From Mobula hypostoma (Eukaryota): a stretch of 64,000 nt of DNA. Of this stretch, positions 63,365-64,000 are shown in pieces. Numbering within the stretch: the stretch's first letter is position 1; each line of letters begins with the position of its first letter. The position numbers and the translations under genes were made by a program. The DNA is taken from positions 135,534,001 to 135,598,000 of the forward strand of contig NC_086097.1 of the NCBI RefSeq assembly GCF_963921235.1, read 5' to 3'. Under the pieces are notes generated by a model that was not told the DNA's origin, ran no database searches, and saw only the letters and a list, made by a program, of their open reading frames with translations.

Positions 63365-64000
63365 TCTTAGATTATGAAGACATGCAATCCTCTTTTATTG
63401 TCATTTAATAATGCATGCATTAAGAAATGATACAATATTTCCTCCGGTGTGATATCACAAAACACAGGACAGGACAGACCAAGACTGAAAAAAACTAACA
63501 AAACCACATATTTATAACATATAGTTACAACAGTGCAACAATACCATAACTTGAAGAAGTCCATGAGCACAGTAAAAGTTCAAAATTTCTCAAATGTCCC
63601 ACATCTCACGCAGACGGGAGAGGGAAGAAAAACTCTCCCTGCCATACCTGACCACGGTCCGACTCTGAGTCATCTGAAAACTTCGAGCTCTGATCAGCTC
63701 TCCGACACGGAGTACTGATCGCCATCTCTATCCAAATGATTCGACCTCCATCTCGGTCGCCAACAGCAGGCAAAGCTGGGGATTTTGAGGCCTTCCCTCT
63801 GAAAGCTTCCCAACCGCGCAGTAATGACAGCAGCGAACGAACGTTTCAGAAAATTTTCCAGATGTTCCTCTGTGCTTTCACATCCATCTCCATCAAATCA
63901 GAATTGTCCACAGCCCTATTTAACGGATATATCGTCATTTTTCACTGGAGGGCTGTGCACACGTGGCACGCTGCTTCTCTCTCCTCCCGCTGCTTTGTCA
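63365..64000 (-). repeat. Interspersed repeat with a LINE-like 3' end, probably non-autonomous; runs off the window
   Basis: Minus-strand tgacaataaaag polyA-signal-like tail similar to Rex1 tails, followed by a non-coding body. Confidence 0.4.

Noticed and set aside
1..64000. LINE strand bias as evidence of host gene orientation
   Set aside because: Rex1 and CR1 copies occur on both strands without a clear skew by eye.

Overview
Eukaryotic, repeat-saturated vertebrate DNA, most consistent with a cartilaginous fish (inferred from the mix of CR1, Rex1/Babar, V-SINE/HE1-type SINE and Penelope elements). It is probably intronic or intergenic. No host protein-coding exon could be recognised, and nearly all ORFs in the track are transposon remnants or chance ORFs. 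Content: many 5'-truncated CR1 and Rex1/Babar-type LINE fragments; one L1-like and one Tx1-like 3' end; a Dong/R4-clade (RLE) element in a (TAA)n tract; a Penelope element (RT + GIY-YIG) with an inverted 5' pLTR piece and 12-bp TSD; about ten Penelope pLTR modules carrying a minimal hammerhead-ribozyme motif, one with an intact core and stem I (36291-36326); a full-length decayed hAT transposon; a deleted Tc1; a palindromic double-TIR mariner MITE; a probable solo LTR; tRNA-derived SINEs; and a long (CA)n-type satellite. Highlights are the hammerhead modules, a three-level nested insertion (9-13.7 kb), the nested-TIR MITE, and a CR1-in-Rex1 insertion that keeps a single reading frame over about 3.9 kb. 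Boundaries of decayed fragments are approximate. Family names come from motif recognition, not database searches.
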